Source: a virus. Taken from it: DNA of 64,000 nucleotides. The notes below the pieces were generated by a model that saw nothing but the letters and a program-made list of their open reading frames with translations, was not told where the DNA came from and did not search any database. Numbering within the stretch: the first letter of the stretch is position 1; each line of letters begins with the position of its first letter. Both the position numbers and the translations under genes were made by a program. This document shows positions 46,843-56,286 of the stretch, one piece after another. The DNA is taken from the IMG/VR virus record IMGVR_UViG_3300028394_000035; one strand, given 5' to 3'.

Positions 46843-47439
46843 ATGACAATGACAACAGTAACAAAAAAAGTCACAATACCAAAAACCAAGGAAGTTTTAC
46901 TTGATCTTCCTTCAAATCCATTTGTATTTGAGATTTTTGATCTTGTGAATAAAATGAAAACAGAACAAAAGAAAGTAGAAGTTCTGCAAAAGTATGAGCA
47001 TCCTTCGTTGAAGGCACTTTTTATATGGAACTTCGATGAAAGCGTAATTACAATTCTTCCTCCTGGACAGGTTCCATATTCAAATTTAAAATCTGAACAA
47101 AGATTCAGAGGAACTTTGAGTGATAAAGTTGATAATTTGATAGGCACGATGGATTATAATGAAACTACATCTCTTGGAAATGCTTCTGATTTGACCGAAG
47201 GGCATACTTCAATTCGTAAAGAATTTAAGAGATTTTATAATTTTATTAAAGGTGGGAATGATTCTCTTCCTGCTCTTCGTAAAGAAACGATGTTTATTCA
47301 AATGTTGGAGGGTCTTCATCCACTTGAAGCAGAAATTGTTTGTTTGGTAAAAGATAAAAATCTCCAATCCAAATATAAAATTACAAAAGAAATTGTTTCC
47401 AAGACTTATCCTGATATTGTTTGGGGTGGTCGTAGTTAA
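46843..47439 (+). CDS. Conserved T4-like cyanophage hypothetical protein
   Basis: WNFD...LPPGQVPY, RKETMFIQMLEGLHP.EA. Confidence 0.8.
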   Translation: MTMTTVTKKVTIPKTKEVLLDLPSNPFVFEIFDLVNKMKTEQKKVEVLQKYEHPSLKALFIWNFDESVITILPPGQVPYSNLKSEQRFRGTLSDKVDNLIGTMDYNETTSLGNASDLTEGHTSIRKEFKRFYNFIKGGNDSLPALRKETMFIQMLEGLHPLEAEIVCLVKDKNLQSKYKITKEIVSKTYPDIVWGGRS

Positions 47440-47455
47440 AATAAAGGAGATTAAT

Positions 47456-47704
47456 GTGAAAATTCTACATCAAGATTGTGAAAAATCTCTTTCTAAAAAT
47501 AAAAGCCTACCAATTGATTCATACCTTGTGGCTTATATTTTAGAAGAAGAAACAAAATATGATATAGTCCAATCTGTTTCTCAAGCAGATATCTTTGATT
47601 ATTATTATGACTTATATAAAAATATAATTTCAATTGAATGGACTGATGGTAAAATTAGTCCAAGGCTTTATGGACAAACTAAACCAGAAAAGAAAAAACG
47701 ATAA
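47456..47704 (+). CDS. Hypothetical protein
   Basis: GTG start with AAGGAG RBS; KSLPIDSYLV. Confidence 0.7.
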   Translation: MKILHQDCEKSLSKNKSLPIDSYLVAYILEEETKYDIVQSVSQADIFDYYYDLYKNIISIEWTDGKISPRLYGQTKPEKKKR

Positions 47705-48414
47705 TGTACGATACTGTCTTCATCTCAGATGTTCACCTCGGAACCGACCGATGTAATATTGATAAGTTTATCAAGTTTCTAAATCAACTTGATACAAAAA
47801 AACTTGTAATGGTCGGAGATATTATAGACATATATTGTATGGAAAAATATAATACTCTATGGAAAACTCAACATACAAAAGCAGTTGAAAAAATTCTAGA
47901 ATTGTCTAGAAAAGGAACAGAAGTTGTTTATATTCTTGGTAATCACGATGCAGTCGCAAGAAAATATGTAAATACCAGTTCTTCTTATTTACATCAAAAT
48001 CTTATCATCTGTGATTCTTATATTCATCACAGCACAAAAAATAGAAAGTTTTTATGTATTCATGGTGATTTTTATTCCGAGTTCTCATCTGGTTCCTGGA
48101 AGCAATATTTTATGAACTGGGGATATGAAACAATCACACCTCTGAATATTTTTCTAAACAAGACTTTTGGTTTTTCTTTGATTAATTTTCTCAAATCAAT
48201 TCCAAGAGGTAAAAAGTTTATTGATAAGTATGAAATGGATTTGATACATCACGTAAGAAAAATTGGAGAATATGATGGTGTGATTGCCGGACATATTCAT
48301 CACGCAAATATTCGTGAGTATCAAGGAACGACTTATATGTGTGCTGGAGATTGGACAGATACTTGTTCTGCACTTGTAGAAAAAGATGGTGTCTTTGAAA
48401 TTATCAAATATTAA
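47704..48414 (+). CDS. LpxH-like calcineurin-type metallophosphoesterase
   Basis: ISDVHLG, GDIID, GNHD, IHGD, GHIH, AGDW. Confidence 0.88.
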   Translation: MYDTVFISDVHLGTDRCNIDKFIKFLNQLDTKKLVMVGDIIDIYCMEKYNTLWKTQHTKAVEKILELSRKGTEVVYILGNHDAVARKYVNTSSSYLHQNLIICDSYIHHSTKNRKFLCIHGDFYSEFSSGSWKQYFMNWGYETITPLNIFLNKTFGFSLINFLKSIPRGKKFIDKYEMDLIHHVRKIGEYDGVIAGHIHHANIREYQGTTYMCAGDWTDTCSALVEKDGVFEIIKY

Positions 48415-48442
48415 ACTTTTGTGTTGATATCCTAACAAATCA

Positions 48443-48450
48443 TATAAATA
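48443..48450 (+). promoter_or_regulatory. T4-type late promoter TATAAATA
   Basis: Exact consensus upstream of ORF 48482 (AGGAGG RBS). Confidence 0.75.
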
Positions 48451-48481
48451 AAAATGTGATATAGATTTTTAGGAGGATTTT

Positions 48482-48640
48482 ATGAACAATCTAATTTCTT
48501 ATAATCAGTTAAATGGATGGAAACACATAACTGAACCCAGTGAGCAAAATGATTTGATAGATGATTATTTTAGTTGTTTAATTGAGTGTGATGACGATAC
48601 GCAGTCGTGTAAACGAATATGTAAAGATATTTTAGTTTAA
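48482..48640 (+). CDS. Small Cys-containing protein (52 aa; not in ORF track)
   Basis: Strong RBS; DDYFSCLIECDDDTQSCKRICK. Confidence 0.7.
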   Translation: MNNLISYNQLNGWKHITEPSEQNDLIDDYFSCLIECDDDTQSCKRICKDILV

Positions 48641-48649
48641 TAGAAGATG

Positions 48650-48675
48650 AGAGGGGTTGATGCCCCTCTTTTTTT
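48650..48675 (+). terminator. Terminator whose loop is a -35 box
   Basis: AGAGGGG-TTGATG-CCCCTCT plus T run. Confidence 0.85.
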
Positions 48676-48685
48676 GTGCTATAAT
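48657..48685 (+). promoter_or_regulatory. Sigma70-type promoter
   Basis: TTGATG-17 nt-TATAAT with TG extension. Confidence 0.78.
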
Positions 48686-48707
48686 TAAAAAGAAATAATC
48701 AAAGCCT

Positions 48708-48875
48708 ATGAATAGAGACAAACTCAAACTCATCATTAAAAACCTTGAACTTTTAACAGAAACACTCAAAGCAGAAGTGTATTCTGATCCGGGAGCTTAT
48801 GATTACAGTAATGCTTCATCACGCATTGGTGATGTAGAGGACTATGATGAAGTTTTTGAAGATGAGGAAGACTAA
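48708..48875 (+). CDS. Small hypothetical protein (55 aa; not in ORF track)
   Basis: MNRDKLKLIIKNLELLTETLKAEVYSD...; acidic tail. Confidence 0.7.
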   Translation: MNRDKLKLIIKNLELLTETLKAEVYSDPGAYDYSNASSRIGDVEDYDEVFEDEED

Positions 48876-49054
48876 TGAGATATAAAGAAACTATTCGTCT
48901 GGTAAAAAAAGCATTGGATAATCCAAGTCTTTATAGTGCAGAGGAGATTATCTATATGAAAAAAGCACTTGATAATGCGATACTTTTACTTGCCCGTAAA
49001 AAATATAACAAAAAGAAAAAAGGATTTGGTAATTATGAAAACCCCGACAGTTAG
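48875..49054 (+). CDS. Small basic hypothetical protein (59 aa; not in ORF track)
   Basis: TAATG coupling; MRYKETIRLVKKALDNP.LYS.EE. Confidence 0.65.
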   Translation: MRYKETIRLVKKALDNPSLYSAEEIIYMKKALDNAILLLARKKYNKKKKGFGNYENPDS

Positions 49055-49706
49055 ACTGATTAGAGTCACACCAGAAGCAGAACAACATATTGCTTATTGT
49101 GCTCGTGTAAGTAATCCAAAAAATCAAAGTAATCAGGGTTTTGAAGGATTACTAAAGTATTGTATCAAAAATCAACATTGGAGTATTTTTGAACACGCAT
49201 TTGTAACACTAGAAATCAATACTTCACTTGCGATTGCGACACAAATTCTTCGTCATCGTAGTTTCACTTTTCAGCAGTTCTCACAGAGATATGCCGACAG
49301 CACAGAACTACAATTAGAACTTCCAGTTCCAGAATTGCGAAGGCAGGATACTAAAAATCGTCAGAACTCAACCGATGATTTACCGGAAGATTTGAGTGCT
49401 TATTTTCAGACCCGAATTGAAGACCATTTCAAGGAAGCAATTTTACTTTATCAGGGAATGTTGGATGCCGGTGTCGCAAAGGAATGTGCTCGCTTCGTGC
49501 TTCCACAGGCAACCCAGACACGTCTTTATATGAGTGGGAGTATAAGGTCCTGGATACATTACATAGACCTTCGTAGTGCTCACGGAACCCAGGCAGAGCA
49601 CAAGGAAATTGCAGAGAAATGTAAGTGTATTTTTGTGGATGAATTTCCAACTATTGCATCAGCACTTGATTGGGCTTGTAAAGAACCACCTTCACTGTTA
49701 TTCTAA
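49035..49706 (+). CDS. thyX: FAD-dependent thymidylate synthase
   Basis: HWSIFEH, QILRHRSFTFQQFSQRYA, ECARFVLP, RSWIHY; ATG at 49035. Confidence 0.97.
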   Translation: MKTPTVRLIRVTPEAEQHIAYCARVSNPKNQSNQGFEGLLKYCIKNQHWSIFEHAFVTLEINTSLAIATQILRHRSFTFQQFSQRYADSTELQLELPVPELRRQDTKNRQNSTDDLPEDLSAYFQTRIEDHFKEAILLYQGMLDAGVAKECARFVLPQATQTRLYMSGSIRSWIHYIDLRSAHGTQAEHKEIAEKCKCIFVDEFPTIASALDWACKEPPSLLF

Positions 49707-49731
49707 ATACTTTCGTATATTATTTTATAAA

Positions 49732-49974
49732 ATGCCAACATATCCCGTTAAACACAAAGAAACTGGTGAAACAAAAGAACTTTCTATGACTATGCTTGAG
49801 TATGGTCAGTGGAGAGATGAGAATAAAGATTGGGATAAGGATTGGTCTGCTGGTGTTGCCGGTGTTGGAGAAGTAGGAGATTGGCAAAGTAAATTAAAGA
49901 AGTCACATCCAGGATGGAACGATGTATTGCATCGTGCAAAAAAAATGCCAGGCTCAAATATTAAAACTCTATAA
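49732..49974 (+). CDS. Conserved cyanophage hypothetical protein
   Basis: MPTYPV...ENKDWDKDW...GWNDVL; ATG at 49732. Confidence 0.75.
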   Translation: MPTYPVKHKETGETKELSMTMLEYGQWRDENKDWDKDWSAGVAGVGEVGDWQSKLKKSHPGWNDVLHRAKKMPGSNIKTL

Positions 49975-49980
49975 AAATTT

Positions 49981-50739
49981 ATGGCTAGAAAAAGAAGAGG
50001 CAACGACAATCAACCTATCGGGGTTGGTATGACCGCAAAACAAGCAAAAAGAAGAAAACCAATTGGTTCGGAATTACTTTTAGATATTGAACCATTAACT
50101 GAAAATCAAAAAAGATTATTTACATCTTATGCAGAAGGTAAACATTTGGTTGCTTATGGTACTGCTGGAACTGGAAAAACATTTTGTGTATTGTACAATG
50201 CTTTACGTGATGTACTTTCAGAGGTTACACCTTTTGAAAAAATATATCTTGTAAGGTCTCTTGTACCTACTCGTGAAATTGGATTTCTTCCTGGAAGTCA
50301 CGAAGATAAATCATCACTATATCAAATACCATACAAAAATATGGTAAAATATATGTTTCAGATGCCTTCTGATGTTGATTTTGAAATGCTTTATGGTAAT
50401 TTAAAAGCACAAGAAACAATTAGTTTTTGGAGCACTTCTTTTATTCGTGGAACAACTCTTGATAATTGTATTATCATTGTAGATGAATTTTCAAATCTCT
50501 CATTTCACGAAATGGACTCTATTATTACAAGAGTTGGAGAAAATACAAAGATTATGTTCTGTGGTGATGCATCACAAAGTGATTTATTAAAAACAAATGA
50601 ACGAAATGGTATTATTGATTTTATGAATATTTTGAAAAAAATGTCTTCCTTTGATATTGTTGAGTTTGGAGTTGATGATATTGTTCGCTCAGGAATTGTT
50701 AAAGAGTACATACTCGCAAAATTGGAAGTAGGAATGTGA
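49981..50739 (+). CDS. phoH: PhoH-like ATPase
   Basis: GTAGTGKT, IGFLPG, RGTTL, IVDE, GDASQSDL, DIVRS. Confidence 0.96.
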   Translation: MARKRRGNDNQPIGVGMTAKQAKRRKPIGSELLLDIEPLTENQKRLFTSYAEGKHLVAYGTAGTGKTFCVLYNALRDVLSEVTPFEKIYLVRSLVPTREIGFLPGSHEDKSSLYQIPYKNMVKYMFQMPSDVDFEMLYGNLKAQETISFWSTSFIRGTTLDNCIIIVDEFSNLSFHEMDSIITRVGENTKIMFCGDASQSDLLKTNERNGIIDFMNILKKMSSFDIVEFGVDDIVRSGIVKEYILAKLEVGM

Positions 50740-51416
50740 ATTTTAATCATCTTGATATAAAACTTCCCGAATTAGAAAGGGAAACGATTGATAGTGTAAG
50801 ATATTATAAAGTACCAGAAGATGATGTTTTGCATCGTCTTGTTTCTATTACCTCTGTTACTAGTTATATTAATCGTCAGATTTTTATTAATTGGAGAAAG
50901 AAAATTGGCGAAGCAGCAGCAGATAAGATTACCAAAGCAGCAACCAGTCGTGGAACTGATATGCATACATTGGTAGAAAATTATCTGCATAATATTTCAG
51001 AACTTCCAGAAGTTCAACCTTTATCGCAATTTTTATTTAAGATTGCTAAACCAGAATTAAATAATATAAATAATATTCATGCTCTTGAAAAATCATTATA
51101 CAGTAAAGTTCTTGGAATTGCCGGAACAGTTGATTGTATAGCAGAATATAATGGCGAATTGGCTGTTATTGACTTTAAGACTTCTGCAAAACCAAAACCA
51201 AAAGAATGGATTGAGCATTATTTCGTGCAGTGTGTAGCATATAGTTGCATGTTATATGAACTTACTGGTATAATGGTAAAGAAGTTAGTCATTATTATGG
51301 CTTGTGAAAATGGAGAATGTGTTGTTTATGAAGAATACGACAAAGAAAAGTATATCAAATTACTCATCAAATATATTAGAGAATTTGTTAGAGATAAACT
51401 TCAAACCTATGAATGA
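50736..51416 (+). CDS. PD-(D/E)XK (Cas4-like) exonuclease
   Basis: SITSV, RGTDMH, AGTVDCIAE, IDFKTS, QCVAY. Confidence 0.88.
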   Translation: MNFNHLDIKLPELERETIDSVRYYKVPEDDVLHRLVSITSVTSYINRQIFINWRKKIGEAAADKITKAATSRGTDMHTLVENYLHNISELPEVQPLSQFLFKIAKPELNNINNIHALEKSLYSKVLGIAGTVDCIAEYNGELAVIDFKTSAKPKPKEWIEHYFVQCVAYSCMLYELTGIMVKKLVIIMACENGECVVYEEYDKEKYIKLLIKYIREFVRDKLQTYE

Positions 51417-51663
51417 AGAAATTAAAGAAGAATTAAATGCTAAATTTTTGTGTCCGCAAAAGTTCGCACAAGAAATTGAAGATATTGTAAAAAACACACA
51501 GGTCAATTATATTGATGCAATTGTAACATATTGCGAAGTTCAAAATATTGAACTTGATACAATATCAAAACTTGTTTCAAAACCACTTAAAGAAAAAATT
51601 AAGTGCGATGCTATTGAACTTAATTTTTTAAAGAAAACTACAAAAGCAAAACTGCCTCTGTGA
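51409..51663 (+). CDS. gp33: Late transcription coactivator
   Basis: YIDAIV.YC..., SKPLKEKIK.DA.ELNFLK; ATG at 51409. Confidence 0.88.
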   Translation: MNEEIKEELNAKFLCPQKFAQEIEDIVKNTQVNYIDAIVTYCEVQNIELDTISKLVSKPLKEKIKCDAIELNFLKKTTKAKLPL

Positions 51664-52250
51664 CTGATTTTGAAGTATATAAAACTTACTTAGCATTTAA
51701 AAATCACTTTACAAAAAAAACCTACGATTATCATAAGTATTGTGGAAGAAGTCGTGCATCAAAAGAAAGTTTTTATAAAAGAAAAGATCGATATTTTTTC
51801 GAAAGAATTTCGAGGCAAAAAAAAGACGAAGAAATCAAAGCATATTTTGTAGCAAATTTTGTAGACTGTAATGACCCAGAACGACTTTGGATAGGAGATA
51901 TTATTCGTGAAGGTGAAGATGTGTATAAGGAATGGTTAAAGAAGACACAAAGCTTGTCTTATTTGTTTAAATCTGAAACTGAAAGTTTTATGAATAAAAA
52001 AAACTTTGAATCTTTATTTGATTGTAAAACTGGAAATCACCCAGAAATACTGAAAAAATATTTACAAAAAAGTATTACCATAGAAACAATTACAATATTA
52101 GATATATTATTAAATTTTGTTAAAGATTTTGATAAAAAACTTACTGATCCAATTTGGAATTATGTAAGTTTGAGAATTTTTAAATACAAACCTTTTCTAA
52201 ATATTGATGCATCAAAGTATAAAACTATACTTAAAGAGGTTATATTATGA
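51660..52250 (+). CDS. gp59: Helicase loader
   Basis: YKTYLAFKNHF...YDY, FYKRKDRYFFE, ETITIL, KYKPFL. Confidence 0.9.
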   Translation: MTDFEVYKTYLAFKNHFTKKTYDYHKYCGRSRASKESFYKRKDRYFFERISRQKKDEEIKAYFVANFVDCNDPERLWIGDIIREGEDVYKEWLKKTQSLSYLFKSETESFMNKKNFESLFDCKTGNHPEILKKYLQKSITIETITILDILLNFVKDFDKKLTDPIWNYVSLRIFKYKPFLNIDASKYKTILKEVIL

Positions 52251-52579
52251 GTAAGTTTTTTGACTCGGATTTAGTTAGAAACGATATGAAAGAACTTGAA
52301 AATATGCAGAAAAAACTTTATCAAGAAATGATGTACGTTCCTTTTTATGATAATGAACAAAAAAGAGGACATTTAATTTTGATGAAAGACTTTTTAGAAA
52401 AACAAAAACTTTTTATTTTTAGACTTTCACTTTCAGATGACCCAGAAGCAATAGAAATGAAAGAAAATATGCTCGATTCTGTTGAGTTTCTTGGATTTGA
52501 TAAAAAGAAAGGATTTGATTCTTTTTTTAAAATGATGGAAAGAACTATTAATGGACTTGAAAAAACACTTGACGATTGA
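52247..52579 (+). CDS. Conserved cyanophage protein (DUF1825-like)
   Basis: MSKFFDS..VR, LLEKQK.F..RLSLSDDPEA. Confidence 0.75.
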   Translation: MSKFFDSDLVRNDMKELENMQKKLYQEMMYVPFYDNEQKRGHLILMKDFLEKQKLFIFRLSLSDDPEAIEMKENMLDSVEFLGFDKKKGFDSFFKMMERTINGLEKTLDD

Positions 52580-52597
52580 AGGTATATCTGCTATAAT
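52569..52597 (+). promoter_or_regulatory. Sigma70-type promoter for gp32, with adjacent late core AATAAATA
   Basis: TTGACG-17 nt-TATAAT, TG extension. Confidence 0.8.
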
Positions 52598-52640
52598 AAA
52601 TAGGTCCAATATATCCCAATACAATTAATACGGAGAATAT

Positions 52641-53528
52641 ATGAGTTTTCAAGATCTTAAAAAGCAATCAAAGATGGGTTCTTTAACCGAGAAACTTATC
52701 AAACAAGTTGAAAAACTAAATGAAACTGGTTCTAAAGATGATAATCGTTTTTGGAAACCTGCGATGGATAAAGGTGGTACTGGTTCTGCTGTAATTCGTT
52801 TTCTTCCTGCTCCTTCTGGTTGTGAATTACCTTGGGCACAGGTTTGGTCTCACGCATTTCAAGGACCTGGTGGTTGGTTGATTGATAATTGTTTAACTAC
52901 TAATAAAGGGCAATGTCCGGTTTGTGAAGCAAATCGTGAATTATGGAATACTGGAAGTAAAGATAATCAAAATATCGTTCGTGATCGTAAACGTAAACTT
53001 TCTTATTACGCAAACATATATGTCGTAAAAGACCCTGTTGCACCTGAAAATGAAGGTAAGGTATTTCTTTATAAGTTTGGTAAGAAAGTATTTGATAAAA
53101 TTATGGCTGCGATGAAGCCAGAGTTTGATGACGAGAAACCTATTAATGCATTTGATTTTTGGGAAGGTGCAAACTTCAAACTGAAACTTCGTAAAGTGGA
53201 AGGTTATTGGAACTATGATAAGTCGGAGTTTGCTGAACCCTGCCCACTTTTAGATAATGATGATGAACTAGAAACCATCTATAAATCACTTAATGATCTA
53301 AATGAATTTACAGATGAGAAAAACTTTAAGCCTTATTTGGATTTAAAGAAGCGTTTGGATTCTGTTCTTGGAACTAAAACTGCAACAAAACGTCAAGACC
53401 CAGAAACTATTGATGAAGAAGAAGAGTTTGAACCCACAGTAAAAACTACTTCGTCCTCAAAATCTAGTCCTGTCGATGAAGATGAAGATGATACCTTATC
53501 ATACTTTCAAAAATTAGCTGAAAGTTGA
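52641..53528 (+). CDS. gp32: Single-stranded DNA-binding protein
   Basis: DNRFWKP, IRFLP, CPVCE, KFGKK.FDKI, WEGANFKLK, acidic tail SYFQKLAE. Confidence 0.96.
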   Translation: MSFQDLKKQSKMGSLTEKLIKQVEKLNETGSKDDNRFWKPAMDKGGTGSAVIRFLPAPSGCELPWAQVWSHAFQGPGGWLIDNCLTTNKGQCPVCEANRELWNTGSKDNQNIVRDRKRKLSYYANIYVVKDPVAPENEGKVFLYKFGKKVFDKIMAAMKPEFDDEKPINAFDFWEGANFKLKLRKVEGYWNYDKSEFAEPCPLLDNDDELETIYKSLNDLNEFTDEKNFKPYLDLKKRLDSVLGTKTATKRQDPETIDEEEEFEPTVKTTSSSKSSPVDEDEDDTLSYFQKLAES

Positions 53529-53555
53529 TTTCGAAAATTAACTTTTAATTACCTT

Positions 53556-53587
53556 ATCCCCCGAGAAAAATTTTGGGGGATTTTTTT
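53556..53587. terminator. Terminator between convergent gp32 and gp53
   Basis: ATCCCCC/GGGGGAT stem plus T run. Confidence 0.75.
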
Positions 53588-53600
53588 GTTTGTAAGGTTT

Positions 53601-54260
53601 TTATACTCCAGTTAATCTTGGATTATATGTTGATTTTGATGATTGACTAAGGTAATTAGAAGAACGATCATATTTCATAATATTTTTCAAATCGCTTACC
53701 ATTACTGATATATACTCGGGTCTTATTAATCTAATTTGTCTTTTTTCTTCATTTATTTTTACTTCATATTCATAATTTGTGATTGGTTGTGTGGGATTTG
53801 TAGTTATTAAACTATAATCAGTTTTTGCGTATGTAACTTGAAAATTTGAATCAACTTTTAATCCTGCGGGAACTATAAGTCTTTTGAAATCATCTAAAAT
53901 TTGAATAGTTTCATAATGATGAATATTTGCTATATTTCCATCAGATCCATATTTGTCTAACATATAATTATATAAATCTTGATTACTTAATGGCCATTGC
54001 TCTCTTACGTTTGTGATATTATTTGTGTGTAAAACTATCCAATCTAGTTCTGGATTTTCATAAACTTTACTTGCGACTTGTTCTGGTCTTTCGTTATCTG
54101 TAATTTGATAATAAACAAAAGCAGTAATAACATTTATGATATCACTTCTAATTGCTGCTCTTTTGAAAATATTTTTAACAGTAATATAATTCTCATTTGA
54201 ATTTGAATTCGTCAAACGAGAAAGATATTGTAAATTTGGTAGTTCTTTGAAGTATCCCAT
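53601..54260 (-). CDS. gp53: Baseplate wedge subunit
   Basis: MGYFKELPNL, ERPEQVA..VY.NPELDW, TNYEYE..INEEKR.I. Confidence 0.88.
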   Translation of the reverse strand: MGYFKELPNLQYLSRLTNSNSNENYITVKNIFKRAAIRSDIINVITAFVYYQITDNERPEQVASKVYENPELDWIVLHTNNITNVREQWPLSNQDLYNYMLDKYGSDGNIANIHHYETIQILDDFKRLIVPAGLKVDSNFQVTYAKTDYSLITTNPTQPITNYEYEVKINEEKRQIRLIRPEYISVMVSDLKNIMKYDRSSNYLSQSSKSTYNPRLTGV

Positions 54261-54261
54261 T

Positions 54262-55773
54262 TTAATAACCTACATCGTCGTCTTGTACTGAATCCAAATC
54301 ACTAGTTCTTGTGCTGAATATATCTGTTTTATAGTCAGTATTATAAATTGGTTCAAGTTCTGAAAATTGCATCGCCATAGTTAAAGTGACTGGTTGTCCT
54401 TCATCATAAGCAGCCCAATTTCCTTCTGGTGCATAATTTACAGAAAATCCAGTCAAGGCACAAACTTTAAATTTATTTAATCCTGAAATGGGTTTATCTT
54501 TTCCTGTTTTGTATCTAAGTTTAAATACATTTGGTGTTCCAAGAAAAAATGATGCTTGACCTGCTTGACCGGTTTGTTTTCTTGGAGCCATACCTTGCTT
54601 GAAAAAACGAATAATTCTTTTTACATTTCTTGCTTCTTCTTTACTTCTTGGGCTCATACGATAAGAAAATGAAAATTGACGAAGTTCTGGACTATTAAAT
54701 AAAAGTTCCAAGTTTGAGTTTGGTATAATACCAAAGCCTCTTGCTAAAATGCTTTCTGGTGATACTTCAAATTGCGCCATTTTAAGAACTTGTGATGCAA
54801 ATGCAGATGCTGCTGTACCTTTTGCAGCAGCACTCTTAACTGCTTCACTTAATAAATCTCCATATAAATTTGCAGACATTCCTCCTTTGACTGCATCTAA
54901 AACGCCAAGTGGACTTTGACCCTTTGTTAATACTTTTAATGCAGCAGCAAGACTACCAACACCACCACCAGTAGCTGCATAAGTACCCATCTTTGTTAAT
55001 GCTAATCCAGTTGCACCTGCGGTTAATGAATTCATTTGGTCTGCTCCCCAAGAAACATTATTACCATCAGACACGCCATTTGGAATTGGTAAAACGCTCA
55101 TCCCAATAAAATCAGACAATGCACTATTTCTTTGTATATTTTCTTGAATCACTTTTGCTGGGTTATTAAATATACTTTCTGCTCCTGTTGGTTTATATCT
55201 AAATTGTGAAATTTCCAATCTATCTTGTTGTGATGTAATCATATCAATTGGATATATGAGAAGTTTTTTATCACCAAATAATCTTTTTTCATTTGCATCA
55301 CCGAAAGCAGTTCCAGAAACATCAAAGGGTGTTAATGCACCGATTGGGTCTGTAACAATTTCTATAATAGCTTTTCCAATATTACCAATTTGTTGAAGTG
55401 TACTTGGTGCAGTTGGTGATATTACTCCTCCTATCCCAGTATCTTGTGAACCTGCTTTATTTACTATAAACCCAGGAAGAATACCAGTTCCACTTATATT
55501 TTTTGCATTTGTAATTGAATTAATTACTTTATCGTGTACTGTTATTCTTTGTTTTGAGTCTGATATTACACCAATTCCAGTAATACTCCATACTCCATTT
55601 GTATAAATCTCGGTTTTTCCTGTTACTGCACCATTAAAATAAACTATTTTATAAAGCTTTGTATTTCCATTAGTTGGGTCATAAGTAAGCTGTATTTTTT
55701 CTTCTTGCCCCGGAAGTGAGAAGACTGGTGGTGGTATTGGGTGAAAGTCATTACTTACTGCTTTTTCAGCCAT
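54262..55773 (-). CDS. gp48: Baseplate tail-tube cap
   Basis: NSNLELLFNSPELRQFSFSYRMSPRS..EA, LTGFSVNYAP, MQFSELEP. Confidence 0.85.
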   Translation of the reverse strand: MAEKAVSNDFHPIPPPVFSLPGQEEKIQLTYDPTNGNTKLYKIVYFNGAVTGKTEIYTNGVWSITGIGVISDSKQRITVHDKVINSITNAKNISGTGILPGFIVNKAGSQDTGIGGVISPTAPSTLQQIGNIGKAIIEIVTDPIGALTPFDVSGTAFGDANEKRLFGDKKLLIYPIDMITSQQDRLEISQFRYKPTGAESIFNNPAKVIQENIQRNSALSDFIGMSVLPIPNGVSDGNNVSWGADQMNSLTAGATGLALTKMGTYAATGGGVGSLAAALKVLTKGQSPLGVLDAVKGGMSANLYGDLLSEAVKSAAAKGTAASAFASQVLKMAQFEVSPESILARGFGIIPNSNLELLFNSPELRQFSFSYRMSPRSKEEARNVKRIIRFFKQGMAPRKQTGQAGQASFFLGTPNVFKLRYKTGKDKPISGLNKFKVCALTGFSVNYAPEGNWAAYDEGQPVTLTMAMQFSELEPIYNTDYKTDIFSTRTSDLDSVQDDDVGY

Positions 55774-56286
55774 TTATGGTGCCGATTGGTTATCTGGATA
55801 ATCCCAAACTCTGGATTTGAATACTGGTTGTCCTCTTTTATCAACAAATCTTTCGGTTGGAAGTAAAGATACTTCTCTCCACTCACTTTCAGGGACCTTG
55901 AAAAAATTACTACTCACACCAGAAAAAAGATAATTATGTAATGTTTTTCTTGGTGCATTCACGTTTCCTGCTTTATTTATGTATGAAGCAGCAACACCTC
56001 CACGATATTGTGGATTTAGATAATGAAGATTGGAACCAAAAAATAATCCTTGTCTTGGATTTACATTTATAATATAAGTTAATGGTTGTCTATCCCAGAA
56101 TAGATATTTTTGTGGATATTTTGCAGAATACATAAAAAACACCAAATCACCAGGAATAATAAAATCAGTATCAATTTGATTTATATCTTTTTCTTGATTT
56201 GATAGTTCATTCATCAAGGCATTCGTATACCAAGATGCAGAACGAAATTTTTTACCTGCTTCTTTAAGTATTTTATCGGCAATCAT
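55774..56286 (-). CDS. gp2: DNA end protector-like protein
   Basis: PGDLVFFMYSAK, WDRQPL, GSNLHYL; syntenic between gp48 and gp4. Confidence 0.7.
   Translation of the reverse strand: MIADKILKEAGKKFRSASWYTNALMNELSNQEKDINQIDTDFIIPGDLVFFMYSAKYPQKYLFWDRQPLTYIINVNPRQGLFFGSNLHYLNPQYRGGVAASYINKAGNVNAPRKTLHNYLFSGVSSNFFKVPESEWREVSLLPTERFVDKRGQPVFKSRVWDYPDNQSAP

Noticed and set aside
48482-48640. CP12 Calvin-cycle inhibitor
   Set aside because: It lacks the AWD.VEE core and the C-terminal C-x8-C-x-x-Y-D/E pattern.
50736-51416. CRISPR-associated cas4
   Set aside because: It is the usual stand-alone PD-(D/E)XK exonuclease in the phoH-gp33 block. No array or other cas genes are present.
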